The notes beneath the pieces were generated by a model. It had not been told where the DNA came from. It did not search any database and was given only the letters and a program-made list of their open reading frames with translations. The position numbers and the translations under genes were made by a program. Shown here piece after piece: positions 1 to 8,707 of a stretch of DNA of 64,000 nucleotides (the first letter of the stretch is position 1; every line of letters begins with the position of its first letter). Source of the stretch: an uncultured Alphaproteobacteria bacterium (GTDB lineage Bacteria > Pseudomonadota > Alphaproteobacteria > RF32 > CAG-239); the NCBI GenBank assembly GCA_949493535.1, contig CASZWJ010000002.1:119165-183164 (forward strand), read 5' to 3'.

Positions 1-621
1 TTCATCCGTAGCGTCTGCCGGAATGTAAAATGGTTTGCTGAAGCAGCAAATGCCTTTGTTAAAAGGATAGGGAACCATCATTTTATCCCATGCGCTTTCA
101 ATAATTTTACAGCGTTTGGTGCTGTAAGTCATACCGATTATCGGTTTGCCGGTTTTTTTTGCATAGTAAAGCGGGCTGATTGACAAATGCATTCTCGGAC
201 CGCGCGGGCCATCGGGGATGATGCAGATTGACGTGTCGTTCTGCAGAGAAGTCATAAGCCCCAGAGCTGCGCCGCGGGCATTATTGTTGCTTGAACCGCC
301 GATCGTGCCCAGTCCGTATTTTTGCAAAACGCCGGCAATCATTCTGCCGTCATTGTGCAATGAGACAAGTGCATTGAGCGGAAAACGATAATCTCTGAAG
401 GCCGGAAGCATCAAAGCGCGCCCATGCCAGCCGATGAGAATGAAATCTTTGCCGGCTTCCCATAATTTAACGGGATTTTCACGCCCTTTTATCTGCCATG
501 AAGATGTATAATATACCACTCTGGTATACCAATATATAAGTGAACTGATACAGTTTATGGCCGTATCTGATTTAAGCATGTCTTTCAGTTTTTTTTTCAG
601 GCGTTTTTTGATGTTGAGCAT
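1..621 (-). CDS. lysophospholipid acyltransferase-like protein (DUF374/LPLAT family); C-terminus cut by window edge
   Basis: Reverse-strand ORF from ATG (complement of 619-621) running past position 1; motifs WHGRALMLP, SLHNDG, GGSS, IIPDGPRGP typical of DUF374 acyltransferases. Confidence 0.65.
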   Translation of the reverse strand, partial: MLNIKKRLKKKLKDMLKSDTAINCISSLIYWYTRVVYYTSSWQIKGRENPVKLWEAGKDFILIGWHGRALMLPAFRDYRFPLNALVSLHNDGRMIAGVLQKYGLGTIGGSSNNNARGAALGLMTSLQNDTSICIIPDGPRGPRMHLSISPLYYAKKTGKPIIGMTYSTKRCKIIESAWDKMMVPYPFNKGICCFSKPFYIPADATDE

Positions 622-628
622 AGGCGGG

Positions 629-880
629 CTATTTCTTTGTGGTATCCGTAATGGCAATGCCGATTTTGTCGGTTTCGGTAATAACGACTTCTCCGTGTCC
701 GATTAAAACATCATTGGCATATATGTCGACATAATCATTTACATCGCGGTCAAGCTCGACAACCGCGCCGCGGCCGAGTTTTAAAAGCTGGTGAACCCTT
801 AAATCGGCGGTTCCCAAAGTGACAGAGATATTGACTGATATTTCTTCTCCGATGTCGGCGTTTTTCCTGATATTTGCCAT
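629..880 (-). CDS. SpoA/FliN-domain protein (flagellar motor switch / T3SS SpoA family), 83 aa
   Basis: ORF-track translation LKLGRGAVVELDRDVNDYVDIYANDVLIGHGEVVITETDKIGIAIT matches the FliN C-terminal SpoA consensus; no other flagellar genes visible in window. Confidence 0.5.
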   Translation of the reverse strand: MANIRKNADIGEEISVNISVTLGTADLRVHQLLKLGRGAVVELDRDVNDYVDIYANDVLIGHGEVVITETDKIGIAITDTTKK

Positions 881-1102
881 TAAAAATTTTCTCCGTTAAT
901 AAATCTGTGCCTATCATATATAATTTTTTTATTTAAGCAAATTCAAATTATGCACTTATCAAACCTTATTTTACAATTACGCAGCTTGTTGTGGATTAAA
1001 AAGTTTAGACATTGCCCTGAAATGAGAAATATGCCAAAAAAGTTTGAACTGAGGTTGTAGTTTTGATTATGTCTTCTTATATAAGTATACGGATGAACTA
1101 AG

Positions 1103-3511
1103 ATGATTTTTAAGGAAAGAAAAATGGCCGTGAAAAAAGAAAAATACCCTGTGCTTCCGCTAAGGGATATTGTGGTGTATCCGAAAATGATTGTGCCTTT
1201 GTTTGTAGGGCGGGACAAATCTATTAAAGCTTTGCAGAGTGTTGTCGACAGTGACGGCAATATTATTCTGGCAACTCAGAAAGACGCAGGCGTTGAAGAA
1301 CCGCAACCGGATGATATTTATCATATCGGTACGCTGGGAACGGTTGTGCAAATGCTCAAACTGCCCGACGGAACGGTTAAGGTTCTTATTGAGGGCGTTG
1401 AGCGCGTTAAAATCACCAAGTTTATCAAAAATAAAGAATTTATGCAGGCTGAGGCCGATATTATCCCCGAACTTGACAATGGCGACGATGTCGAATTGCA
1501 GGCTTTGGTTCGGGCTGTTTTGTCGCAGTTTGAAGAATATGTCAAGCTTTCCAAGAAGACTCCGCCCGAGGTATTGGTTTCGGTCAACCAGATTGAAGAT
1601 TACGGCAAACTTGCCGATACGATTGCCTCGCATTTGTCTTTAAAAATTCCGGAAAAACAGGCTTTGCTTGAGGGGCGTACCTTAGCTGAGCGTTTTGAAA
1701 TGATTTTGGGCTTTATGGATGCCGAGCTGACGGTTCTTGAGGTTGAAAACAAGATTAAGACCCGCGTTAAAAAGCAAATGGAAAAAAGCCAGAAGGAATA
1801 TTATCTTAACGAGCAGATGAAGGCTATTCAGAAAGAGCTTGGTGACGGCGACGAAGATTCTGAAATCAGCGAATATCTGAAAAAAATAGAAAAAACAAAA
1901 TTATCAAAAGAAGCCAAAGACAAAGCTATGGCCGAGGTGAGAAAACTGAAATCCATGAGCGCAATGTCCAGCGAGGCAACCGTCGTGCGCAATTATCTTG
2001 ACTGGCTGCTTGATATTCCTTGGAAAAAACGCTCCAAAGTTAATAAAGATTTGGCCAAAGCCATGGAAATTTTGGAAAAAGACCATTATGGCCTGGAAAA
2101 GGTCAAAGAGCGCATTATCGAATATTTGGCGGTGCAGGCTCGTGCCGATAAAGTAAAAGGCCCGATTTTATGTTTGGTCGGCCCTCCGGGCGTTGGTAAA
2201 ACGTCTCTCGGCAAGTCTATAGCCAGAGCGACCGGACGCAGTTTTGTCCGCACGTCTTTGGGCGGTATGCGCGATGAAGCGGAAATCCGCGGACACCGCC
2301 GGACATACATAGGTTCTATGCCGGGCAAAATGATTAAAGGCATGAAAAAAGCCGCGACTTCCAATCCGCTGTTCCTGCTCGATGAGATAGACAAGTTGGG
2401 CAATGATTACCGCGGTGATCCGTCATCGGCTTTGCTGGAAGTTTTGGATCCGGAACAGAATTCTGCCTTTAACGATCATTATCTGGAAGTCGACTATGAT
2501 TTGTCTGATGTTATGTTCGTAACGACGGCAAACTCTTTGGATATGCCGCGGCCTTTGCTTGACCGTATGGAAATCATCCGTTTGTCCGGTTATACCGAAG
2601 ACGAAAAGATCGAAATTGCCAAGCGCCATTTGATCCCAAAGATTTTCAGCGAAAATGCCGTTAAGAAAACGGAGCTGACAATCAATGACGCCGCTATCCG
2701 CGATATTATCCGTTATTATACGCGCGAAGCCGGCGTACGAAATTTGGAACGCGAATTGTCAACAATCGCCCGCAAAGCGGTTAAAGAGATTTTGCTGTCG
2801 CCTAAGAAAAATGCCAAAATCAACGTTTCTCCGAAGAATTTGGAAAAATATCTGGGCGTCATCAAGTATCATTACGGCGAAGCCGAGCAGGACGACCATA
2901 TCGGCGTTACGACAGGTTTGGCTTGGACGGAAGTCGGCGGCGACATTCTTTTTATTGAGGCTGTTGACATGCCCGGCAAAGGCAAGGTGACAGAAACCGG
3001 AAAATTGGGCGACGTGATGAAAGAATCCATTGAAACGGCTTATTCGGTTGTCCGTTCCCGTTCAAGGAGTTTGGGCATTAATCCCGAAATTTTTGAAAAG
3101 ACGGATATTCACGTTCATGTGCCGGAAGGCGCAACGCCGAAAGACGGTCCGTCTGCGGGCATTGCCATGTTTACGACATTGGTTTCAGTTTTGACCAAAA
3201 TTCCGGTCAGAAAAGACGTGGCGATGACCGGCGAGATTACGCTGCAGGGCAGGGTGCTTCCTATCGGCGGCTTGAAAGAAAAGCTGCTGGCGGCTCTGCG
3301 CGGCGGAATTAAGACCGTTTTAATTCCGAAAGACAATGAAAAAGATCTGGCTGAAATACCTGATGTCGTTACAAAGGGTATGAAGATTATTCCGGTTTCG
3401 GAAGTCTCAGAGGTGATTGATGTGGCTTTGAAAGAAAAGGTCGAACCGCTAAAGCAAATTTGCCGCTGCGAAGACGTGATAGAGCCTGAATGCAGCCATG
3501 CCCGCCAGTAA
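1103..3511 (+). CDS. lon: ATP-dependent Lon protease (start may be the second ATG at 1124)
   Basis: N-terminal LPLRDIVVYPKMIVPLFVGR (LON substrate-binding domain), Walker A GPPGVGKTS, catalytic serine motif PKDGPSAG; unusual Cys-rich tail CRCEDVIEPECSH at the C-terminus. Confidence 0.95.
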   Translation: MIFKERKMAVKKEKYPVLPLRDIVVYPKMIVPLFVGRDKSIKALQSVVDSDGNIILATQKDAGVEEPQPDDIYHIGTLGTVVQMLKLPDGTVKVLIEGVERVKITKFIKNKEFMQAEADIIPELDNGDDVELQALVRAVLSQFEEYVKLSKKTPPEVLVSVNQIEDYGKLADTIASHLSLKIPEKQALLEGRTLAERFEMILGFMDAELTVLEVENKIKTRVKKQMEKSQKEYYLNEQMKAIQKELGDGDEDSEISEYLKKIEKTKLSKEAKDKAMAEVRKLKSMSAMSSEATVVRNYLDWLLDIPWKKRSKVNKDLAKAMEILEKDHYGLEKVKERIIEYLAVQARADKVKGPILCLVGPPGVGKTSLGKSIARATGRSFVRTSLGGMRDEAEIRGHRRTYIGSMPGKMIKGMKKAATSNPLFLLDEIDKLGNDYRGDPSSALLEVLDPEQNSAFNDHYLEVDYDLSDVMFVTTANSLDMPRPLLDRMEIIRLSGYTEDEKIEIAKRHLIPKIFSENAVKKTELTINDAAIRDIIRYYTREAGVRNLERELSTIARKAVKEILLSPKKNAKINVSPKNLEKYLGVIKYHYGEAEQDDHIGVTTGLAWTEVGGDILFIEAVDMPGKGKVTETGKLGDVMKESIETAYSVVRSRSRSLGINPEIFEKTDIHVHVPEGATPKDGPSAGIAMFTTLVSVLTKIPVRKDVAMTGEITLQGRVLPIGGLKEKLLAALRGGIKTVLIPKDNEKDLAEIPDVVTKGMKIIPVSEVSEVIDVALKEKVEPLKQICRCEDVIEPECSHARQ

Positions 3512-3520
3512 GCAAAAAAA

Positions 3521-3551
3521 ATCCCCGTTGAATAAACGGGGATTTTTTTAT
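3521..3551 (+). terminator. rho-independent terminator after lon
   Basis: hairpin ATCCCCGTT-GAATAA-ACGGGGAT followed by T7 run. Confidence 0.6.
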
Positions 3552-3620
3552 AATGATATTAGAAGATTTTTTTAAGTCAGGTTTATCTTGAAGAAGATTT
3601 TAATGAGAGGATAAAATCTT

Positions 3621-4181
3621 ATGACAGAAAAAGAGAAAATGCTTAAAGGCGAGTTATATAATGCAAATTATGATGAAACTTTGACTGCTGAACGGAATAA
3701 GTGTAAAGAACTTTGTTTTCAGTTTAATACAACGCCGTATGCAGATGTTGGGAAAAGGCAATCTCTTTTGAAAAGTATTATCGGTTCGATAAAAGGTCAG
3801 TATACGATTGAACCGACGTTTTGGTGTGATTACGGTTATAATATTGAACTCGGTGATAATTTTTATTCTAATCATAATCTGGTTATTCTTGATGGAGCAA
3901 AAGTTACGTTCGGAGATAATGTTTTTGTTGCTCCTAATTGTGGGTTTTATACAGCCGGACATCCTTTAGAAGTGTCTAAGAGAAACAGCGGTTTGGAATA
4001 TGCAAAGCCAATCAATGTTGGAAATAATGTTTGGTTTGGTGCGAATGTTATTGTCCTCCCGGGGGTTACAATCGGTGATAATTGTACAATCGGAGCGGGG
4101 AGTGTTGTCGTTAAAGATATTCCGTCCAATTCGTTGGCGGTTGGGAATCCTTGCCGGGTTATTCGGAAGATTGAGGAATGA
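3621..4181 (+). CDS. sugar (maltose/galactoside-type) O-acetyltransferase, hexapeptide-repeat family
   Basis: 186 aa; left-handed beta-helix hexapeptide repeats (IGDNVFVAPNCGF, VWFGANVIVLPGVTIGDNCTIGAGSVV) and Maa/LacA-like N-terminus. Confidence 0.8.
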   Translation: MTEKEKMLKGELYNANYDETLTAERNKCKELCFQFNTTPYADVGKRQSLLKSIIGSIKGQYTIEPTFWCDYGYNIELGDNFYSNHNLVILDGAKVTFGDNVFVAPNCGFYTAGHPLEVSKRNSGLEYAKPINVGNNVWFGANVIVLPGVTIGDNCTIGAGSVVVKDIPSNSLAVGNPCRVIRKIEE

Positions 4182-4383
4182 TGTGACTTTTTAAGAATCG
4201 CGTTTTTTTATAAAAAGAATCTGCGGAAACGATTGCTGTATATGGCTTTGGCTGTGAATAAGTACAAAAAAAGTTGTTGAAAAGTGCAATTTTTTATAAA
4301 AATCCCCAGTTTTTTGCTTGAAAGCGTTGATTTTGTTTGACTTAAGGAAAAAAGAACGCTTAAATTTTTGTGTGAAGCCGCAA

Positions 4384-4412
4384 GGCTTTGACAAATGGTT
4401 TATAACTTATAT
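4384..4412 (+). promoter_or_regulatory. putative sigma70-type promoter for hupB (TTGACA-16-TATTTA)
   Basis: sequence motif only, located about 20 nt upstream of the AGGGAG RBS. Confidence 0.3.
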
Positions 4413-4430
4413 TTAGAGGGAGTCCTCATC

Positions 4431-4703
4431 GTGAATAAAAATGAACTCATTTCTAGCATTGCTAACGAAACAGGTTTGACCAAAACTGATTCTGCTAAAG
4501 CTGTTGATGCATTTGTTGCTTCTATCACCAATGCTTTGAAAGCAGGTGACGAAGTTCGTCTGGTTGGTTTCGGTACTTTCGCAGTATCTAAACGTTCTGC
4601 TACTACAGGCCGCAACCCCCGCACCGGCGCTACCATCAAAATTCCGGCTCGCAAACAAGCCAAATTCAAAGCTGGTAAAGCTCTGCAAGACTCTGTCAAC
4701 TAA
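4431..4703 (+). CDS. hupB: DNA-binding protein HU (GTG start; ORF-track ATG at 4395 lacks an RBS)
   Basis: VNKNELISSIANETGLTKTDSAKAVDAFV...GFGTFAVSKRSATTGRNPRTGATIKIPARK is a canonical HU/IHF fold; AGAGGGAG RBS about 9 nt upstream of GTG; lon-hupB-tRNA-Val synteny. Confidence 0.9.
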   Translation: MNKNELISSIANETGLTKTDSAKAVDAFVASITNALKAGDEVRLVGFGTFAVSKRSATTGRNPRTGATIKIPARKQAKFKAGKALQDSVN

Positions 4704-4770
4704 TTATAAGAATACGGACCGGTTATTTCCGGTTCTATTTTTTATAATCAGGTTGCGCTTAGCCAATCTA

Positions 4771-4803
4771 AACGAGGTTTGTCAAAAACCTCGTTTTTTT
4801 TTT
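4771..4803 (+). terminator. rho-independent terminator after hupB
   Basis: AACGAGGTTT-GTCAAA-AACCTCGTT hairpin + T10. Confidence 0.6.
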
Positions 4804-4926
4804 GAATTAAATTAGCAAAATATTAGCTTTTTTATTTTATTATTCTGTTATATTTATTTTTTTCTTTATTTTGTCAAAATTTTGTACTATAATCAAAGTA
4901 AGGATTAAGAAAACCGGAGCAGGGCT

Positions 4927-5784
4927 ATGAGAACATTTCATAAAGATACAGACAAAACTTTAGCAAGCAATCTGAAAACAGCGGCTAAAAATACGATGCA
5001 GGCTGTAGTTAAGGCCGGAAAAACTTTACCGAGCGGCCTTCGTAAAAGTGTTGTGATTGCTGCGGCGGCAATGGCTCTGGCTACTCCGAATGCCCAAGCT
5101 CAAGGATTTTTGGGCAAGGTTTTGGGGGGCGTGGAGAAAACTCTGGCTCAAGTCGAAAAAACAGCTCAGGATATCGGTCGGCCGTTTTATACGCTTAATC
5201 GTCAGTTCGATCGGACACAACAGGCTATTAATTATACCGAAAGAGACATCAGGGGAACCGGCGAGCGGGTTGCCAGTGTTGCGGCTCCGGTAGTCAATGT
5301 TGTCAATGGTATCAGAAATCAACGGAATGCTGCTAAGCTTATGGAACAAATGGAAGCTCAACAGAACGGGCAAATTCCTTTGATTGCGGAAGATGGGCAG
5401 GCTCAAATGGTTTCTCCTCAGAACTATCAGCGTTCAGCCGCTCAGTCTTCCACAGGTTTAAATGTGGTTGGAGAAGTTTCTCTTGATGAATTAATGTCTC
5501 GCGGCAATGTAAGCGTTTCTGAAACTTCCGCGCCGTCAAGATCAAATGCTGTTCACAATGTTGCGGGAGAAATCACTCTGGATCAGTTAACGGCTTATCA
5601 GCAGGCTCATTCCACATCAAGAACAGCGTCGGCAGATGCTGTCAGAGCGCGTCAAGCTGATGTCCGTGCTCAGAAATCAGGAGAAACGGTTTCTAATAAA
5701 GGGGAATCACAAGTAAAAAAGAAAAATACCAAGTCTGCGGAAGAGTTATTGGCTCAAATGGTTCGGGAAGGATATGTTAAATAA
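4927..5784 (+). CDS. hypothetical secreted Gln/Ala/Ser-rich protein
   Basis: 285-aa ORF with GGAG RBS; internal signal-peptide-like stretch SVVIAAAAMALATPNAQA; low-complexity, no recognisable catalytic motif. Confidence 0.45.
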   Translation: MRTFHKDTDKTLASNLKTAAKNTMQAVVKAGKTLPSGLRKSVVIAAAAMALATPNAQAQGFLGKVLGGVEKTLAQVEKTAQDIGRPFYTLNRQFDRTQQAINYTERDIRGTGERVASVAAPVVNVVNGIRNQRNAAKLMEQMEAQQNGQIPLIAEDGQAQMVSPQNYQRSAAQSSTGLNVVGEVSLDELMSRGNVSVSETSAPSRSNAVHNVAGEITLDQLTAYQQAHSTSRTASADAVRARQADVRAQKSGETVSNKGESQVKKKNTKSAEELLAQMVREGYVK

Positions 5785-5810
5785 ATCATATTTGTTTACT
5801 TAACAGAATC

Positions 5811-5844
5811 AAAATCCGGTAAAATTTACCGGATTTTTTTTTTG
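5811..5844 (+). terminator. rho-independent terminator
   Basis: ATCCGGTAAAATTTACCGGAT hairpin + T10. Confidence 0.6.
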
Positions 5845-5997
5845 ATTTTAATTCGCTTTTAGTATTGGATTATTGATTTTGCTAAAATGTATATTCGGTC
5901 GGCAAGTGTTTAGCTATATACGCCGGCATCCTTGCGTCTGCCTGAAATTTCGTTTCGAACTCCCTTCTTCGGCAGTTTGTACCTGAGCGTTCACCAT

Positions 5998-6029
5998 TAA
6001 AAAAGCCACCTAAAAGGTGGCTTTTTTAA
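5998..6029. terminator. bidirectional hairpin terminator immediately 3' of tRNA-Val
   Basis: AGCCACC-TAAAA-GGTGGCT flanked by A-run and T-run. Confidence 0.6.
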
Positions 6030-6105
6030 TGGTGGGCGCTGAGAGGTTCGAACTCCCGACCCTCTCGGTGTAAACGAGATGCTCTTCCAGCTGAGCTAAG
6101 CGCCC
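6030..6105 (-). tRNA. tRNA-Val (anticodon TAC)
   Basis: reverse complement GGGCGCTTAGCTCAGCTGGAAGAGCATCTCGTTTACACCGAGAGGGTCGGGAGTTCGAACCTCTCAGCGCCCACCA folds as a cloverleaf with perfect 7-bp acceptor stem, GTTCGAA T-loop, encoded CCA. Confidence 0.9.
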
Positions 6106-6400
6106 ATCGTGTTTACAGAGGAGTTTATATACTTTTCATTTTAATTAATCAAGCATTTTTTTTTGAAATGTTGCTTTTTTTTGATAAAAGACGCATTTTC
6201 AATTATATAAAAGCCAAAATATATAATAAAAACGCAGGCAAATCAGGCTGAAAAAACTTAAACAGTTTGTCGGCAAGTATAATTGTTAGCTTGCAAAATC
6301 TGAAAAAATAAAATAGAAGTAATATTCGGGCGGATTTGTTTTGTCTGCTCAGAATGCTTTATTGAAAGATTTATGTATGGAAATTAACAAAACCAAACCA

Positions 6401-7045
6401 ATGCTTTCCGGTTTGAAATTAGGAATGATGCTGCAGGTAGGCGGTATGGGGCCGATTTGTTTTTTATTGTTCCAGTTGGCTTCGTTGTTGCCTCTGCCGG
6501 CCGTTCTTGGCGGTGTTGCCGCCGTTGCTTTGGTCGATGCCATATATATCGGTATTTCGGTTATGGGAATTTTGGGCATCATTAAACAGACGGAATCTGT
6601 TTCTGAAATTTTCAAAAAAATTACCGGCGTTGTTATTTTATTTTTAGGCTTGTCTTTCAGCCTGATGTTTTTTTCAGAAGAGACAGCCGATATTTTTGCC
6701 GAATATGATTGGAATGCCGAGAATGTATTTGCGACATTGTTTTTATTAACAATTATTAATCCCGTGACTATTTTTTGTTATACGGGCGTTTTTACCGCTA
6801 ATCTGATAGATAAGAAAATTGATCGCCGGCAGTTGATTTTGTTTGCTTTGGGAACGCTTTGTTCTACGCCGATTTTTTTATCCTTGATAGCGATTGCCGG
6901 CGCATTAGGCGGACATTTCCTGCCTGTAATTGTTATTAAGGTATTGAATTTATTAGTCGGATTGGTTCTGGTTTATTGGGGGCTTAAGTATATTTTCCCG
7001 AAAGTTTTTAAACATAAAGATTGCAAATGTAAGGAAAAAGCGTGA
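6401..7045 (+). CDS. LysE/RhtB-family amino-acid exporter (start chosen at MLSGLKLG; the ORF-track ATG is 60 nt further upstream)
   Basis: about 214 aa, six hydrophobic segments, LysE-type N-terminus LGMMLQVGGMGPICF. Confidence 0.55.
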   Translation: MLSGLKLGMMLQVGGMGPICFLLFQLASLLPLPAVLGGVAAVALVDAIYIGISVMGILGIIKQTESVSEIFKKITGVVILFLGLSFSLMFFSEETADIFAEYDWNAENVFATLFLLTIINPVTIFCYTGVFTANLIDKKIDRRQLILFALGTLCSTPIFLSLIAIAGALGGHFLPVIVIKVLNLLVGLVLVYWGLKYIFPKVFKHKDCKCKEKA

Positions 7046-7683
7046 AAAAATTTATTTCAGCCAAAGAAGCGGGAAAGCTCATTCCCAACGGTTCATCACT
7101 TATGATCGGCGGTTTCCTTAATTGCGGAACCCCCGTCAAAGTCATTGACGAACTGATTGAAAATAAGGTTAATAATTTAACTTTGATTGCAAATGATACG
7201 TCTGTTCCCGAAACTGACAGGGGCAAATTAATCGTTAATAAAATGGTCAAAAAAGCGATTGTCGGACATATCGGAACAAATCCCGAGACAGGACGGCAGA
7301 TGGATGCGGGTGAGTTGGAAGTCGAATTGGTGCCGCTCGGAACTTTGGTTGAGAGAATCAGAGCCGGAGGTTCGGGGCTTGGCGGCGTTTTGACGCCGAC
7401 CGGCGTCGGAACTCTTGTCGAAGAAGGAAAACAGACTATGGAGATTGACGGGCGCAAGTATTTGCTGGAAAAGCCTATCAAAGCAGATGTCGCGCTTATT
7501 TACGGAACCAAAGCCGACAAATTCGGCAATGTCTTTTTGCACGGAACAACCCGAAATTTTAATACGGTTATGGCTATGTCCGCCAAAACGGTTATTGTTG
7601 AGGCTGATGAGATTGTCGATGATTGTCTGGATCCGGATATGGTGACTATTCCCGGCGTGTTTGTCGATTATATCGTCGCTTAG
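7042..7683 (+). CDS. 3-oxoacid/acetate CoA-transferase subunit A
   Basis: MKKFISAKEAGKLIPNGSSLMIGGFLNCGTP matches the family I CoA-transferase alpha subunit N-terminus; GTG start overlaps the upstream stop. Confidence 0.85.
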   Translation: MKKFISAKEAGKLIPNGSSLMIGGFLNCGTPVKVIDELIENKVNNLTLIANDTSVPETDRGKLIVNKMVKKAIVGHIGTNPETGRQMDAGELEVELVPLGTLVERIRAGGSGLGGVLTPTGVGTLVEEGKQTMEIDGRKYLLEKPIKADVALIYGTKADKFGNVFLHGTTRNFNTVMAMSAKTVIVEADEIVDDCLDPDMVTIPGVFVDYIVA

Positions 7684-7692
7684 GAGTTTTAT

Positions 7693-8361
7693 ATGGATTT
7701 AAGCAAAGAACAAATCAGAGAGATTATAGCCCGCCGTGTGGCTCAGGAAGTTAAAGAAGGCGATGTGATTACTCTCGGCATCGGTTTGCCGACGGAAGTC
7801 GCCAATTATATTCCGGCAGATGTGCATGTGATGTTTCAATCTGAAAACGGCATGGTCGGTTTGGGCAAAAAAGCAACGCATGAAACTCGGGATAAAAGCA
7901 TTACAAATGCCGGCGGCGTGCATGTGGAAGTCAAAAAAGGCGGTGCCTTTTTTGACAGTGAAATGGCTTTTTCCATGATTCGCGGCGGCCATATTAACGC
8001 AACTGTTTTGGGTGCTTTGCAGGTTGATGAAGAAGGGAATCTTTCCAATTGGATGGTTCCGGGGGTGTTTACGCCGGGGATGGGCGGCGCCATGGATTTG
8101 GTTGTCGGTGCGCAAAAAGTGATTGTGGCTATGGAACACAAAGCCAAAGGCGAACCGAAAATTTTAAAAAGATGCACGCTTCCTTTGACGGCGGCGAAAG
8201 AGGTCGATTTAATCGTTACCGAACGCTGTGTGCTGCGCGTTGAACCCCGAGGGTTGATTTTACAAGAAGTGAACCCTATGTTTAGTGTGGATGACGTTAT
8301 TAATTCGGTCGGAGCTAATCTGATTGTTGAAGAAAATAACTTATTGGCAATGGCGGTCTAA
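7693..8361 (+). CDS. 3-oxoacid/acetate CoA-transferase subunit B
   Basis: contains the SENG active-site glutamate motif (MFQSENGMVGLG) of beta subunits. Confidence 0.85.
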   Translation: MDLSKEQIREIIARRVAQEVKEGDVITLGIGLPTEVANYIPADVHVMFQSENGMVGLGKKATHETRDKSITNAGGVHVEVKKGGAFFDSEMAFSMIRGGHINATVLGALQVDEEGNLSNWMVPGVFTPGMGGAMDLVVGAQKVIVAMEHKAKGEPKILKRCTLPLTAAKEVDLIVTERCVLRVEPRGLILQEVNPMFSVDDVINSVGANLIVEENNLLAMAV

Positions 8362-8382
8362 CCAGTATCAGGAGAAAGTATC

Positions 8383-8628
8383 ATGGAAAGCAGAGTGGCA
8401 ACGGTTGCGATTATTGTCGAGAATATGGATTCAGTTGAAAAACTCAATGCAATTTTGCATGATTATGCTGCTTATATGATTGGGCGTATGGGGATTCCGT
8501 ATCGTCAGAAAAATGTTAATATTATTTCAATTGCCGTAGATGCGCCGGAAGATGTTATCAGCGCTTTAGCCGGAAAAATCGGCCAGCTTGACGGAATCTG
8601 CGTTAAAACGGTGTTTTCAAATATCTAA
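8383..8628 (+). CDS. small ACT-like protein resembling the TM1266-family putative iron-only hydrogenase system regulator
   Basis: 81 aa, directly upstream of hydG; size and context fit the hyd_TM1266 family. Confidence 0.45.
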   Translation: MESRVATVAIIVENMDSVEKLNAILHDYAAYMIGRMGIPYRQKNVNIISIAVDAPEDVISALAGKIGQLDGICVKTVFSNI

Positions 8629-8707
8629 AGTGTTTCTCTGCCGATATTTGATTTTTGTTTAACTGACAGGGAAGATTTGTTCTGACCTATAAGAAAGAGA
8701 AAATGAG

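Noticed and set aside
1160-3336. Many antisense or alternative-frame ORFs in the track overlapping lon, hydG, U32 peptidase, yejF, rnf genes and others
   Set aside because: They lie inside genes with strong protein-family signatures on the other frame or strand. They have no RBS and a low-complexity composition. They are treated as spurious.
4395-4430. ATG at 4395 as HU start (ORF-track call)
   Set aside because: It has no RBS. The AGAGGGAG RBS sits inside this extension. The GTG at 4431 gives the canonical HU N-terminus VNKNELI.
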